Translations under genes and position numbers: made by a program
Shown: piece by piece, positions 45,092-59,648 of the stretch
How positions within the stretch are numbered: position 1 is the stretch's first letter
Layout: every line of letters begins with the position of its first letter
Assembly: GCF_009914755.1 (NCBI RefSeq)
Contig: NC_060939.1
Length of the DNA: 64,000 nt
Origin: the human T2T-CHM13v2.0 reference genome, Homo sapiens
Strand: one strand, 5' to 3'
Notes under the pieces: generated by a model
What the model was told of the DNA's origin: nothing
What the model saw: only the letters and a program-made list of their open reading frames with translations
Databases searched by the model: none

Positions 45092-45190
45092 CTGCGTGTG
45101 TGTGAGTGTGTATGTGTGAGTGTATGTATGTGTGTGTGAATGTGTATGTGTGTGTGTGAGTGTGTGTGTGCACACACACGCATGTGCACT
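45092..45190. repeat. Degenerate (TG)n simple repeat ending in (CA)n
   Basis: Directly visible. Confidence 0.9.
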
Positions 45191-45563
45191 TACTGGGTGT
45201 CAGGCTGAAGAAGGTCATGAACCGGGGACAGAGGCCAGGTGAGGGTAGGGGAAGAAAGGCCTGTAACCCCACAGAGATGGAGGGCAGGGCCCCAGGAGAG
45301 GGGCCATCCAGGTCATGGGTCTCAGAGCAATCTGTGGTTAGAACAGGCTCCTGGGGGTGGCGATACTGGAGCTGAGCCTTGGAGGATGGGGGAAAAGGGA
45401 AGGCCTGTTGCATGGAGCAGCTTGAGTAGAAGTGGAAAGGTGCCAGCGGTTGTGGATTATTATCTGATGGCCTAGTTCTATCTGATCAGCCAGTCCGTGG
45501 GACACAGGATCACCTTGACCAGGGAGGATGATATATTTGGGGAGAGAAGGACATAGCACAGCA

Positions 45564-46214
<651 letters not shown>

Positions 46215-47438
46215 AGTGTGGAGTGAGGGCCAGCAGGCAGTGGGCAGGAGTGGGAAGCTGGGGCAGGAGAGGCCACACAGCCCCAGGCCTGCTGTGAGGA
46301 AGCTGGGACCACCTTCTGCTCCCGGCCTCCAGGCTCCCAGACTTGGGGAAGGACATCTTCCAAGGGCCCTTAGTACCAATCTTCATGGAACCCAATCTAT
46401 AAACAGGTTTGTGGAGTGGCTCTGCATGAATTGGGGTGGGGCAGGCGTCCCATATTCCCAAGCTCAGCTGCCTCCAGGCCGGCTCAGCTAGAGAGCCCTG
46501 GGGTGCGCTGGAGTGCAGTCAGAAAATCCCTGGTTGGCTCAGTGATCTCTACACCCCTCTGGGGGCCAGGCTGTGAGCCCTACAATGGGGGAGACCCCTG
46601 AGCAAAGCAGGTGGGATGTGTGCTCCCGGGGAGCTGCTGGTCCTGAGGGTGAAGCTACCCCCCAAACCAGGGCCAAAGAGTAGGGAGCCCTCCCCCTAAT
46701 CTCCTGAGGACTCACTGTGTGACTCTGAACAAGCAGGCTCCTCTGTCTGAGCCCGGGTTTCCCCAGGATCCATGGGGGGCTGGTCTGGGGTCAGGGGTTT
46801 CTGCAGTAAGTTCCGGGAAGGGAGGCAGCGTCACTGACACACCTCAACCTTAGGCCGCAGGAGAGCCACACACTGAAGTGTTGAAGCAGGAGCGATGGCT
46901 GGAGGCCTGGCTAACGCATGCCAGGGCTGGCAGAGCCAGCGGGCTCCTCCACAGGCTGGGAGCCGGCCTGGGTGTGGGAAGGAGCTGAGCGAGAGGCAGG
47001 AATGCTCAACAGGACAGGCACTGTCCCTGATGGGGCCCACCCCTGCCACCAGGCCACCTTGACAGCAGCCCTACAGCTATCACCCTACATCAGAGACAAA
47101 AGTGGCTTCATTGGCAACCCTAGCTTTGAGGGGAGAGGGTTTTTTGAAGGGGATTTGCTTAGGCTGTGAGAAAGTGGGGAGGGTTTGGAAAGGGAGAGAA
47201 CGCTGGCTGGTGGGGGATGGGGAGACAGAACAAACATCTGGAGTCCTCAGCGAGCTGTCTGTCCCTGCAGACCTCTCTCTTTCCCCTGCTGGGGCCCGAG
47301 CCCACTGGTGGGTGGTTGTCCACCTGGCCTGATGTGGGGAAACTCGCTGCTGTTGGGGTGAGTGAGAACACCACGGCCTGTGTGCCCAAAGAGAGACCTG
47401 AGGCAGTCCCTGCTTTTCTCTGAGCCTCAGTTTCCTCA

Positions 47439-47680
<242 letters not shown>

Positions 47681-50600
47681 CTGTTTCCTGACCTGCAGGG
47701 CTGCTGTGGGGCTGCAGGACTAACAACATGGTTAGTGCACACTATGGGGTGTCCCTGAAGGTAAGAGCACAGCAATAAGACAGCTCTGTCCTCTCCTGTT
47801 TGGAGTTACGGACCCTCCTGAGAAGCGGAGAGAGCTAGGAACCCTTGCCCCACGGAGGAGCCAAGTACAAAATTGTTCATACAAATTCAGTTCATTCAAA
47901 AATTCCTCATACAAACTCAGTAGGAATGGTAATACAGTAAATCTGAAACCTGCCCTAAGCCTGCAGCTGGAGGAAGAGCCTTAACTCTGGAAGGCTCTAT
48001 TGAACTGACATATGCTGGGGCGGAGGGCATGTTGGAGGCAAGAGGAGAGCTGGATGGGGCGGGAGTCAGGGGGAAAGGCAGTGAAGGAGCAGAGGGACCA
48101 GGGAGGGACCAGGCCTCAGTCCCATGCCCACAGGCCCCTTGTTCATTTGCCCCTGGCCTTGAATAGAAGACACACCTCAGGTGGCACCCCTGTCCCCATC
48201 CTGTGCTCACTTCCTTCCCCGCAAGTGCCACTGGCCCAGATCTTTAAGGTAGGGGACTTGGAGACAGAGGCAGTAGCCACCTCGTCCAGGTCTGTGAGAG
48301 TGGCCGTGTGCAAGTGTGTGTGCCCACATCTGTGTGCGCCAGTAAGTGCGGACGTCAAGGCTATTTCCAACTCCCCCTCCCCTGCCCGCCCCTCCTGGGC
48401 AGCACGCCCAGTTCCCAGACACAGCCTATACACTTCCTCTGAGAGCTCCACACGCACCCTACTCCCCTCCTGCCGTCATCGACAGCCGCCTGGCCCACCT
48501 GGCATGGCCCACCCCAGGCCCCCCAGGCGGGCAGCACTAAAAGGCCCTTCTTGTCCTGCCCGGGCGGGCAGGCGTAGGGAGGGAGGCTCCGTTACACTTG
48601 CTCTAGAACAGTTTTTCTCGAGTCCGGGTGGGCTGGGCCAAGGGCTCTGGCCCCTGGGCCCTGCCCTGCTCCGGAGGCCTGGGGTGGCACACAAGGTGCA
48701 CACAAGGCTCAGTGCCTGTCCCGAGCACCATCGGTCCCCCCAAGCCATCCTCAGAGGCAGCAGGATCTACCCTGCTTCAATTTCTTGTACCTGGTGTCCC
48801 TGTGGCCCTGCTCACTAAGATACCCCCATCAGTTCTGAGTCCCCACCCAGGTAACACACAAGCCCTCCCTGCCAGGTACTCCCCAACCTGGGTCCCACTT
48901 CAACCCCTCACATTCTGCCTTTCAGTCAGTGATGCCAGGGAAGAGGTGTGGGAGCCACCACCCCTGCCTGCCCTGTGCTCACTGTGACCCCCCGACTAGA
49001 ATGTCACCTCCTTCCTTCTCTGCCTGTCCTTCCAGTATCAGCTCAAATCCAATCTCCCCCAATGCTTGGCTCTCTGCTGGGGCCTCCCATACAGCTCAGA
49101 AGGAGCTGGACACCGCATCTGTCACCCACACTGTCTCAGTGGCCCAAGCCTAGGCCCCGACGCAGGCTGGGAGCACCCTCGAAGCAGGGCTGGGGGCTCT
49201 TCCTGGGCTGCTGGGGTTCTTGGTGGAACTCAGAGTACTTTTCTTCCTCTCTGGGGCCTCAGTTTCCCTCTCTATACAAGTGGAAGATTGGCCCAGATGG
49301 CCTCTAGGGTGCTGACTGCCAGGCCCCCTGACCTGGATGCCTCAAATGTTGATGAGTAGAGGGAGAGCCTCCCAGCACGCCTCATTCGGATACGGGAGGA
49401 CGAGGGCCTTTGCAGCCAGGGGCATCCAGGAGGGGTGGGAGGGACGCCTTCCTCAGGCAGGGGCTGCCCCTACTGCAGAAATCAGGGCAGGCAGCTGGAC
49501 CAGGAGTGGTGACAGAGATGGGTTGCTGGACGGGAGCTCTCACAGCCCCTCCTCATTTCCGAGTCCTCCTAAAGGCAGGGGATGGTGTAACTTTATAAAA
49601 CCCCACAGCACCATGCTGCTCTCTTGCCCTAAAACCCTTGTGGCATCTCCTTTGCCAACAGGGCATAAGGCCGTGGGCTTCATTTTGCCATTTAAGGCTT
49701 CTGTGCCCCAGCCCAGTGGTTCTCCCTGGCCTGTGCTCGAAATACGCCTCCCAGCCAGGCTGCTGGCCTTCCTGTCTCAACACCCCTCTGCTTACGCCCA
49801 CCTTGGTGCCTCTGAGTCAGCGCCCCTGCCTGGAGGACTGACTCCCTTCCCATCCACCAAGGCTTGGTTTGAGGCCCACCCTGTGTCCTGCCCCAGCTTG
49901 CCCCTGCTTTTCTCCCCTCTGTACTTTTCATCCAGATTTTTGCTGTTTGAGATTTAATTTGCCTTTCTGCCTCCTGAATGAGTCTCAGTTCAGCCTCTCA
50001 ATTTCCCGTGCCCCTGCGAGCCTAGCACCATGCCTGCATGCTGTCAGGGCTAAGAAGGTATTTGAGAATGGCTCTCAGTTGAAGCCCAAGGAGGTGGGGG
50101 TACTGGAATCCCTCCTTGGCTGGAGGCTGGGGCCTGAATGAGCTGACCACCCTGGTCACCTTGGATGCTCCCTTCCCATCTCCCTGGCGGCCCAGCCCAT
50201 CCCTCAGGCCCTGAGATCTTAGGGGATCTGGTCCCTGCAGGAACAGGGAGCCTGGAGATCCAGCCCTGATTCACCCCGCGGGGGTCCTCCCTTGACTCAC
50301 TTCCCTTCTGGGAACCATGTGATGCCCTCTTTTAGAGCTGGCTTCTCCATCTGAAGGAGAGAAGGGTGTGGCCTGGGCCCTTGTGAAGGAGGCTCAGGCC
50401 CTGCCTTTGCTCCATGTTGCTCTTGGGAATGATCTCGAAGGTGTAGCTGAAGCACTGAATCACACGTGGGTAGTGATGATGGATGGGCCCTAAGGCCACA
50501 GTTCTTATGGCATAACTAGAGCTGCCTTCGCTGAAGGAAGAATGCTGTCATGTTGGGGTTTCTGGCATCGGGACAGAGAGGGGATATATCCCAGCACTTC

Positions 50601-51159
50601 TCGGAAAGCGAACTTCCATTCAGCCTCTGCTGGGTCAGGCATCAGTGCTGGGATGAGGAGGTGTGGCAGGGGGTGGTCCAGAGCTATCTGTAGGACAAGC
50701 CCCGCTGAGGGGCACCAGCTCTCCCTCTAGGAGGCTGAGAGTGGGTAGTGGGTGGGGGGTCCTGCCTGTCACCAACAGGAGGAGGGAGAGGAGAGAATGA
50801 AGAGGGGAGGTGGCAGATAGACGGATCTGCAAGGAAGCAAGGGGAGGAGAGAAGGGGCAGAGCTGGGGGGCAGCTGGAGGGGTGTGGGGGTGCTCCTCAC
50901 AGGGGAGGGCAGGGTGGCTCCTTCCTCGTTTCCCACCTTGTAGCACTCCCCATTCCTGGCCCAGGGCATCTGAAGCTGGAGGACCCACTTCTCACTGTCG
51001 CCGGGTCCCTTTGGACCCCAACATACTCACCCCAAACTTGCCTGGCAAACAAAGCTCGGCCAGCATTGGGGTGGCCCCACTGGTGTCTCAGACAATCCAA
51101 ACGGGCAAAGCCACGCCCTAGGCAATCCATGCCTGGGGCGCCTGCTCCCGCCCCTAACT

Positions 51160-51700
51160 GGACAGCCTTGGCTAGCTAGAAACCCCATAACCTGAGATAG
51201 CGGGGTCCCGTGTCCGCCCCAGGATTGAACCCCTGGCGACCCCAGCTAGTGGTGGGAGAAGCGCAGCCTGCTTGACTCCCGATCTGGGGGCCACTTCTGG
51301 CTCCTCCTGTCCCTTTTCCCTCCCGGAGGAACCCCTCTAGTTCCGCCAGGCTGGGTCGGGGTCTCAGGCCCCTCACTCACCCGCGGATGCAAGTCTGGCC
51401 AACATAGTCAGGGTCAAAGCCAAGGCCAGGCCGGGGGCTGGAAGTGGGGGCCGCGGCCCGGACTGCATCCCGGCGGGCTGGGCGGCAGGACTTGCGAGGA
51501 GCCAGCGGAGTCCTGGGAGCTGGGAGCTGAGTGGAGCGAGCGCGGCTCTGCTCCTGGGCGCGGGCCGGCTCCGGGTGTCCGCGCACTTAACTCCGGGGGC
51601 GGGGCAGGCGCAGACCCGCGCGCCCGCTCGGGTTTCAGGCTTGGACTCCCCCACCTGCCCCCACCCTCAACCTTCTTAAAGGGCCCGTGCGGGGCTGTTC
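51160..51700 (-). promoter_or_regulatory. CSPG4: CSPG4 CpG-rich promoter / 5'UTR
   Basis: Visibly CpG-dense around exon 1; GC box GGGGCGGGG at 51596-51604; TTAA at 51587-51590 but no canonical TATA; no ATG in the ~90 nt upstream of the start codon. Confidence 0.8.
51381..51468 (-). CDS. CSPG4: CSPG4 exon 1 coding part (signal peptide MQSGPRPPLPAPGLALALTLTMLARLASA)
   Basis: ATG at 51468-51466 (context gccgggATGC); 88 nt; donor G|GTGAGT at 51380; phase 1; recognised NG2 N-terminus. Confidence 0.97.
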
Positions 51701-52639
51701 CTCTCTGGGGCAGGGGTGAGGGGGCCCTTGCAGCTGGGCCAGACCCCAGCCCCACCCTAAAGACTTAGAACAAAGTCATAGAGAGGCCCAGACACCCTGA
51801 ACTCTGGCCCCAAGAGCCGAGCCCGGGAGACCCCCTCAGGGAGGAGGCATGAACTGTCCCAGCCCCTACTTCCCTCCTTTCTGCCTTTGCGGGAGTTCAG
51901 GAGACCCCTCCACAGGCACACTCCAGCCTTAGGAGGAAGGACAGACACCAGCCACCCTCACAGGCGGCTTTTGGGCTGCTTTGCCTCGGAGGTCCCCTAG
52001 GAACTTCTCCAGACTCCAGAGGCACCACCCGAGGTCCTGTGGGGCACTGCCCATGGCTGCAACAGTGACCTTCTCTGCCTGGAAGGGCCTCACCTCAGTC
52101 TCCCTGTCTGTAAGGGAGAGATGTCTGGATTTCCTCGCAGGGCAGAAGAATTCTCAGTCCCGCCATGACATTTGCCTCAAAATAACCTTGCAAGGTGGGT
52201 GAGGAGCATCCCCTCCCCCATTTCATGGAGGACGAAAGTGCAGCTCAAGCTGAAAGTGGCTCTTACAAGACTCCAGGTGGAAAGTAGGTCCCTGGCCGTT
52301 TGGTGCCAGAAGCCCAGGCCTCCTGACCCCTGAATCCGGGTGTTTCAACTTCCCGAGGCTGCCTCCTGGAAATCTGGCCCTGGATTTGGCTTCTACCTAA
52401 CAGCTTCAGGCTGGGCCCTTCTGCTGGCTCCCTTCCAGGCAGCAACATCAGCCTAGTCCCAAACAGGAGGAGAAAGGGCAATGTTACTTAGCTTCCGGTG
52501 CCTAGAGGATCTGCGTGTTCTCTGTCCAGTCCCAATGTTACCGGGCCTTGGTTTACTTCCTCCATTCAGGTCCCTCCATCTATCTGCTCCAGCCCATCTC
52601 CAGCCCAACCCCACCTTGCACCCTCTTCCCAGCTCTTCC

Positions 52640-53035
52640 CTTTGACCAGTAACAGCCCAGCACTTCATACTTTGCAACGAAACTGAGACCTGTTTTGCAG
52701 ATGAAGAAACTGAGGCTGAGAGAGATTAAGGGACTGGAGCTAGTCTACATAGCTGCTGAGATGTGGGGCCAGGTCTTTGACCCTAAGTGCAGTGCTCAGG
52801 TGTGATGGTGCCTGGTCCATGTGGGGGTTATGAGTATTGGTCTTGAAACCAGAGAGACCTGGGTTCAAATCCCAGCTCCCTTACTTGGTTGTCAAACCTT
52901 GAACAAGTCCCCTCACCTCTCTGTGGCAGTTTCCTCATTTGTAAAATTGGGTTAATGAGGATTAAATGCTTTAATGTACCTCAAGTCCCTAGCCCAGGGC
53001 CTGGCATACGGTAGGTGCTCAATAAATGCTTATCC
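52640..53035. mobile_element. MIR fragments in both orientations
   Basis: ttttgcagatgaagaaactgaggct; cctgggttcaaatcccagctc...gtttcctcatttgtaaaat. Confidence 0.7.
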
Positions 53036-53285
53036 TTTCTCCTCCGTCTCTGTCATCCTGCACATTCCCTGTGATTCATGGTTTACATACAGCTTTACAC
53101 ATATCACCTCCCTTGTTGTAAAGCTTGAACTTTCTCCTCCAGAGGCTGCTGCATACAGTAGGTGTACAATAAATGCCTGCTGTAGTTGACTAAGAAACCA
53201 ATTGCTGCTGTTCTGTAGGGATTTTGGCAAACCTAAGAGCTTCCATCCAGGTGCCCTAGGAGGCCTGGGATGGAGGCTGTGCTAG

Positions 53286-53632
<347 letters not shown>

Positions 53633-56390
53633 TGTCCCTTGTTTTTCCTTCTCCTCAAGTCGGTAGGACACCTGGTCCTCATTGGGGCTAATTACTGACA
53701 AGCTATGGGGCTGGGGGTGGGGGTGCTGCTTGGAAGACTGTGTTTGGAGGAAAAGAGCTTTCTTTTCAGGAATGAAAAAATAAGACAGAAGGCTTTTTGC
53801 TCTATGAATCAAAAATCTGGGTGAAGATCTCTGCTGGCCCCATCTCCCCCCCCCACCCCCTCCCCATCTTCCCTGCTCCCCACCTACACAGATGTCTGTG
53901 GAGCCTCCAGACAGGGTGCTCCCACCCACAGCTGAGATTCAAGTCTGGATTAGCTGGGAGCCTCCCCCTGCCTTGTTGCTAGCTGGGCAGAGAAACACAG
54001 GCCTGGAAAATAATGGCAACCAGCACAGCGGTAATAACCCGGCTGGCGCATCTCTGCTGGGGCTTCCCAGTTTACAAAAAACATTCACTTGGTCTCTTGA
54101 CAACTTTGGGAAGCGTATGTGTTGGCCAACTGTGTCCCTGCTTCCAGATGAGGAAACTGAGGCTCTCAGTGGAAAAGGGATGCTGCGGCTCCAGCGCACA
54201 CAGGCCTGGCCTTTGCTCAGCCGTAACCTAGGGCTGGAACTCCGGACCAATGCTGAGCAGCATCATGCCAGGCAGACTGGCAGAAAGTCGAGGTCCCTGT
54301 GTGCCTTTGGAACTGGCCCCTGACCACCTCCCACTGTCTTGGAACAAAGGCTGCTGGACCAGCTGTGCCTGCTCCTCAACTGTCCCCTCTCCAGCTCCTC
54401 AGCAAGCTCACCCAAGGCCCTGAAGCCTCAGTGCTGAACAGAGCTGACCTGGGCCTCTCTGGCATCCTCAGGTCTGGCTCGGGCCTTCTTCCTTCTGCCC
54501 TCCAACCTTTCCCATGACTTTGCTTGGCCAGGCATCCTTGGTGGCCATCCCTGACTGCCCCTACCTCCCTGGCCACATCTCACCTTCCTCCAGCAAGCCC
54601 TCCTAGCCCTCCTTCGTGCTCGTCGACTTCTCTTTCAAAAGATTCCCTGGAATCCTGATCTCCGTAGCTCTCCTAGTTTCACCTGGGGCCTGCTTAGCTG
54701 GGTCAGGAGGTGTGCGTCCATGCCTCCCCAGCCAAGCATGGGACAGAGCACAGGGTGGGAGGGAGGAGGAAAGAAGGAGGCTTAGAACACACTTATAAGA
54801 AGGAAGAAGGATGTTCCCACCCAGGGGCAAAAGAAGATTCAAACTTCTCTGAAGCTACAGTGACCTGTGGTATGTGCTGCCTCCATTTCTCCAATTGTTC
54901 TTGGAGAACAAGACAACAGAGGGCCCAGTAATACTCACCTCCCTGCCAGCAGAGTTCACCCAACCATGCTGGCCAAGCACTGCTGGTCACTCCTACCTCT
55001 AGTGCTTCTTGGACTAAGAGTCCCCGCTCTGGGCAGTGGCTGTGGTTTGGCCCCACCCTTGGCCAGGGTGTTTTGCACCCTCGTTGCCTGGGCCCCACCC
55101 AAGAAGCCTGTGGCCAAAGCCAGCTTGCTGGGAAATGGTGTGTGCCTGTGCCCTAGATGGGGTGGTGCCTAAGCAGGGGTGTGCTCCTGCTGCCCAGGGC
55201 CCGCCCTCAGGGAATTGGCCCTCTGCCATGAAGGTCACAGAACCTAGGCCACTACTGTGCAAGAGGGCACGGGCTTTAGGCGCTGGCTCAGTGGCCCTGC
55301 AGTTTTCTGGCCAAGAGCTCCATGGCAGCGGGCCCTGGGCCTGGGCCTTTGACCTGGGGCCTCTGTTAGGAGTGGTCCTGATCCTGCTTCTGGCAGAGGC
55401 ACACACAGGGCTCCTCCAAGTACAGGCAGCCAGGCTCAGGATGGGAGGGAGCAGCCAGTCCCAACAATTACACAGTTCGGGAGCTGAAAAGTTATGTTTG
55501 CCACTCTCAGGAGCCAGCTGTGGAAGGGAGGCCAGTGGAGGGCTTTGCCCTGGCCTCTGAGCCACACACAAGCCGTGCTGGGAGGACAAGGGCCGGGGGT
55601 GGTGAAGGACCCTCTTGGAGCCTTTGCTTTCCAGGAGCAGGCACTCGTCTTCCATACCACACTCACAAAGGCTGGTGGCTTCAGTGGCTGTGACCAGCTG
55701 GCCACAGCTGACTCCTCTGGGGTAGTGCTGTTTCTAAATATTAGTTCCTGCTGTTAACCCTTGCTGTGCGGCCCCAGTGGACAGCCGGCTGCCTGCAGAC
55801 AGAGCCTCTTGGAAGTAGAGTGGACAGTCCCCACCTGGATGAAAAATTTGTGAGTATATTTGCTTGAGGGCTGGGTTGGGGCTCCCAGAAGGAGGGTGAG
55901 AAATACCTGCTTAGGGCTGGGAATGAGGCTTGCAGTAGATGTCAGGGGATGTGGGTCTGAGCTGGCCACTGGGCAGGGCAGTGGAAAGAATGTGGGGTCA
56001 GGAGCCAGGAGCCCGGTCCTGCCAAGCCTTTTTTTATGTGGCCCCAGACAAGTCACTTCGCCTTTCTGTACCCCTTTCCTCATCCGTAAAATGTACAGCC
56101 ACCGAGGTGCTTGGATGATGGCCTCCAACAGAAGCGCCGGAGCTTTATAAACTCTGAAGTGCCTGGTGGTTATGATGATTTTTATGCCAGGGTCCTGCTG
56201 TCTGTGACTCCCCCGAGTCCCTTGGAGGAGAGGCAAGACTGACAACCAAGAGACAGCTGGAGCAAGCTGGCGGGGCTGCTGTTAGCCTGTGTGGAGCTTT
56301 AGTGGGGACACCACCCTATACAAGAATACCCAGCTTGGAGTTCAGCCCCTACTGGCCCCATTGGCTCTTGTCCTTGCACAGTGAAAAGCC

Positions 56391-57224
<834 letters not shown>

Positions 57225-57329
57225 AAGCCAGCACATCGTAGATGGCAGTCCAGTGAGTCAGACCTGGCACGTGCCTGGGGCTCAGAAAGCAGGACTCTGC
57301 TTCCATGAAAAGAAGTGACATTCCTTGAT

Positions 57330-57850
57330 CAACAAATTCATTCATTCAACAAATATTTCTTAAGCACAGATCATATGTCAGGCACTATGCTGATGCTGAG
57401 GGCTGGGGACACAGGTGAATAAACAGGACCCTGGTTTTGGGGAACTGACAGGCTCCCCAAAGTGACTTGGCAATTGGTTGGATGTGGGAGTTGGGATAAG
57501 GGAGGTGTCCAGGACAAGCCTAGGTTTCTGGCTTGGGCACTTAGAAGGGTGGGTGGTGGTGTCATGGATTGAGATGGACAGGGACTGGGGGGTATCTCAT
57601 AAGGAAATCTTGGGGCATGTTGATTTCAAGGTGCTTGTGAGAAACCCAGGTGACACTGTGCAGGCGGCTGTATATGTGAGCCTAATGCTCCTAAGAAGGT
57701 CTAGTCAGGGGAAGTTTTACTTCCGGATTGCTGGGGTATCGATAAGGGAATTAAAGCAACCAGAGGAGATGAGGCTGCCCGGGAGAGAGGAGCGCGGTGC
57801 AAAATGGGAGGAAGACCCAGCACTGAGCCCTGAGACACCAACGTCTCTTC
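57330..57850 (-). mobile_element. L2 fragment (3' end)
   Basis: attcattcattcaacaaatattt...tatgtcaggcactatgct. Confidence 0.65.
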
Positions 57851-57855
57851 CTTAA

Positions 57856-58613
<758 letters not shown>

Positions 58614-58707
58614 ATCTCTCTCTCTATTTTTCTGAACCATTTGAAAGTAAGTTGCAGACATAATGCTCCTTTATTCCTAAATATTTCAGTGAGTTTTTCC
58701 TCTTTTT

Positions 58708-58942
58708 TAATTTTTTTTTTAAAATGAGACAGGGTCTCGCTCTGCTGCCCAGGCTGGACTGCAGTGGTGCCATCAGAGCTCACCACACCATCAAACTTCT
58801 GGACTCAAGGGAGCTTCCTGCTTGAGTAGATGGGATTACAGGCACACACCACCGTGCCTGGCTATTTTTTTTTTTCTTTTTTGGTAGTGACAGGGTCCCA
58901 CTGTGTTGTCCAGGCTGGTCTCGATCTCCTGGGCTCAAGCAG
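58708..58942 (-). mobile_element. Truncated Alu (AluJ-like)
   Basis: gagacagggtctcgctctg...gggctcaagcag. Confidence 0.8.
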
Positions 58943-59323
58943 TATTTCCTAGAACAGGACCTTCTCTTTCATAACTGGAGTGCAATGATCAAAACCAGGA
59001 AATTAACATTGGTACAATACTTTGAACTAAGCCATAGACTTTTTTCTCCCCAGCTTTGCCAATTTTCCCAAAAATATCCTTTATAACAAAAGAAAACCTC
59101 GGCTTTCTTCTGAGTGTCTATTCATCTTGCATGGTTCTTCAGCGTTTCATTGTCTTCCATGATGTTGCCATTTTTGACAAGTACAGGCCAGTTCTTTTAG
59201 GTGAATTTTGGTTTGAGTTTGTCTGTTTTCCTCACGATTAAATTCAGGTTCTGTATTGTGGCAGGAATGCCTAGGAAGTGATGCCGTGCCCTTCTCACGC
59301 AGCCTATCAAAAGACACATAACT

Positions 59324-59648
59324 GGCTGGGCGTGGTGGCTTACACCTGCAATCCCAGCGCTTTGGGAGGCCAAGGAGGGCAGATTACTTGAGGTCAGGAG
59401 TTCGAGACCAGCCTGGCCAACATGGTGAAACCCTGCCTCTCCTAAAAATACAAAAATTAGCTGGGCATGGTAGCAGGCTCCCCTAATCCCAGTTATTCAG
59501 GAGGCTGAGGCAGGAGAATTGCTTGAACCCAGGAGGCAGAGGTCATAGTGAGCTGAGATCACGCCACTGCACTCTAGCCTGGGTGACAGAGCAAAAGACT
59601 CTGTCTCCCCCAAAAATCCCCCACAAAAAAACCAAACAAACAAAACCA
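59324..59648 (+). mobile_element. Alu (AluS-like)
   Basis: ggctgggcgtggtggct...both arms, degenerate tail. Confidence 0.9.

Noticed and set aside
48012-48818. 268-aa intronic ORF and similar 200-235 aa ORFs (38884-39591, 49337-49957, 55014-55655)
   Set aside because: Expected by chance in GC-rich DNA; no motifs or splice-supported structure.
51469-51654. In-frame N-terminal extension of CSPG4 in the ORF track
   Set aside because: Starts at a GTG upstream of the GC box and probable TSS; the signal peptide begins at ATG 51468.
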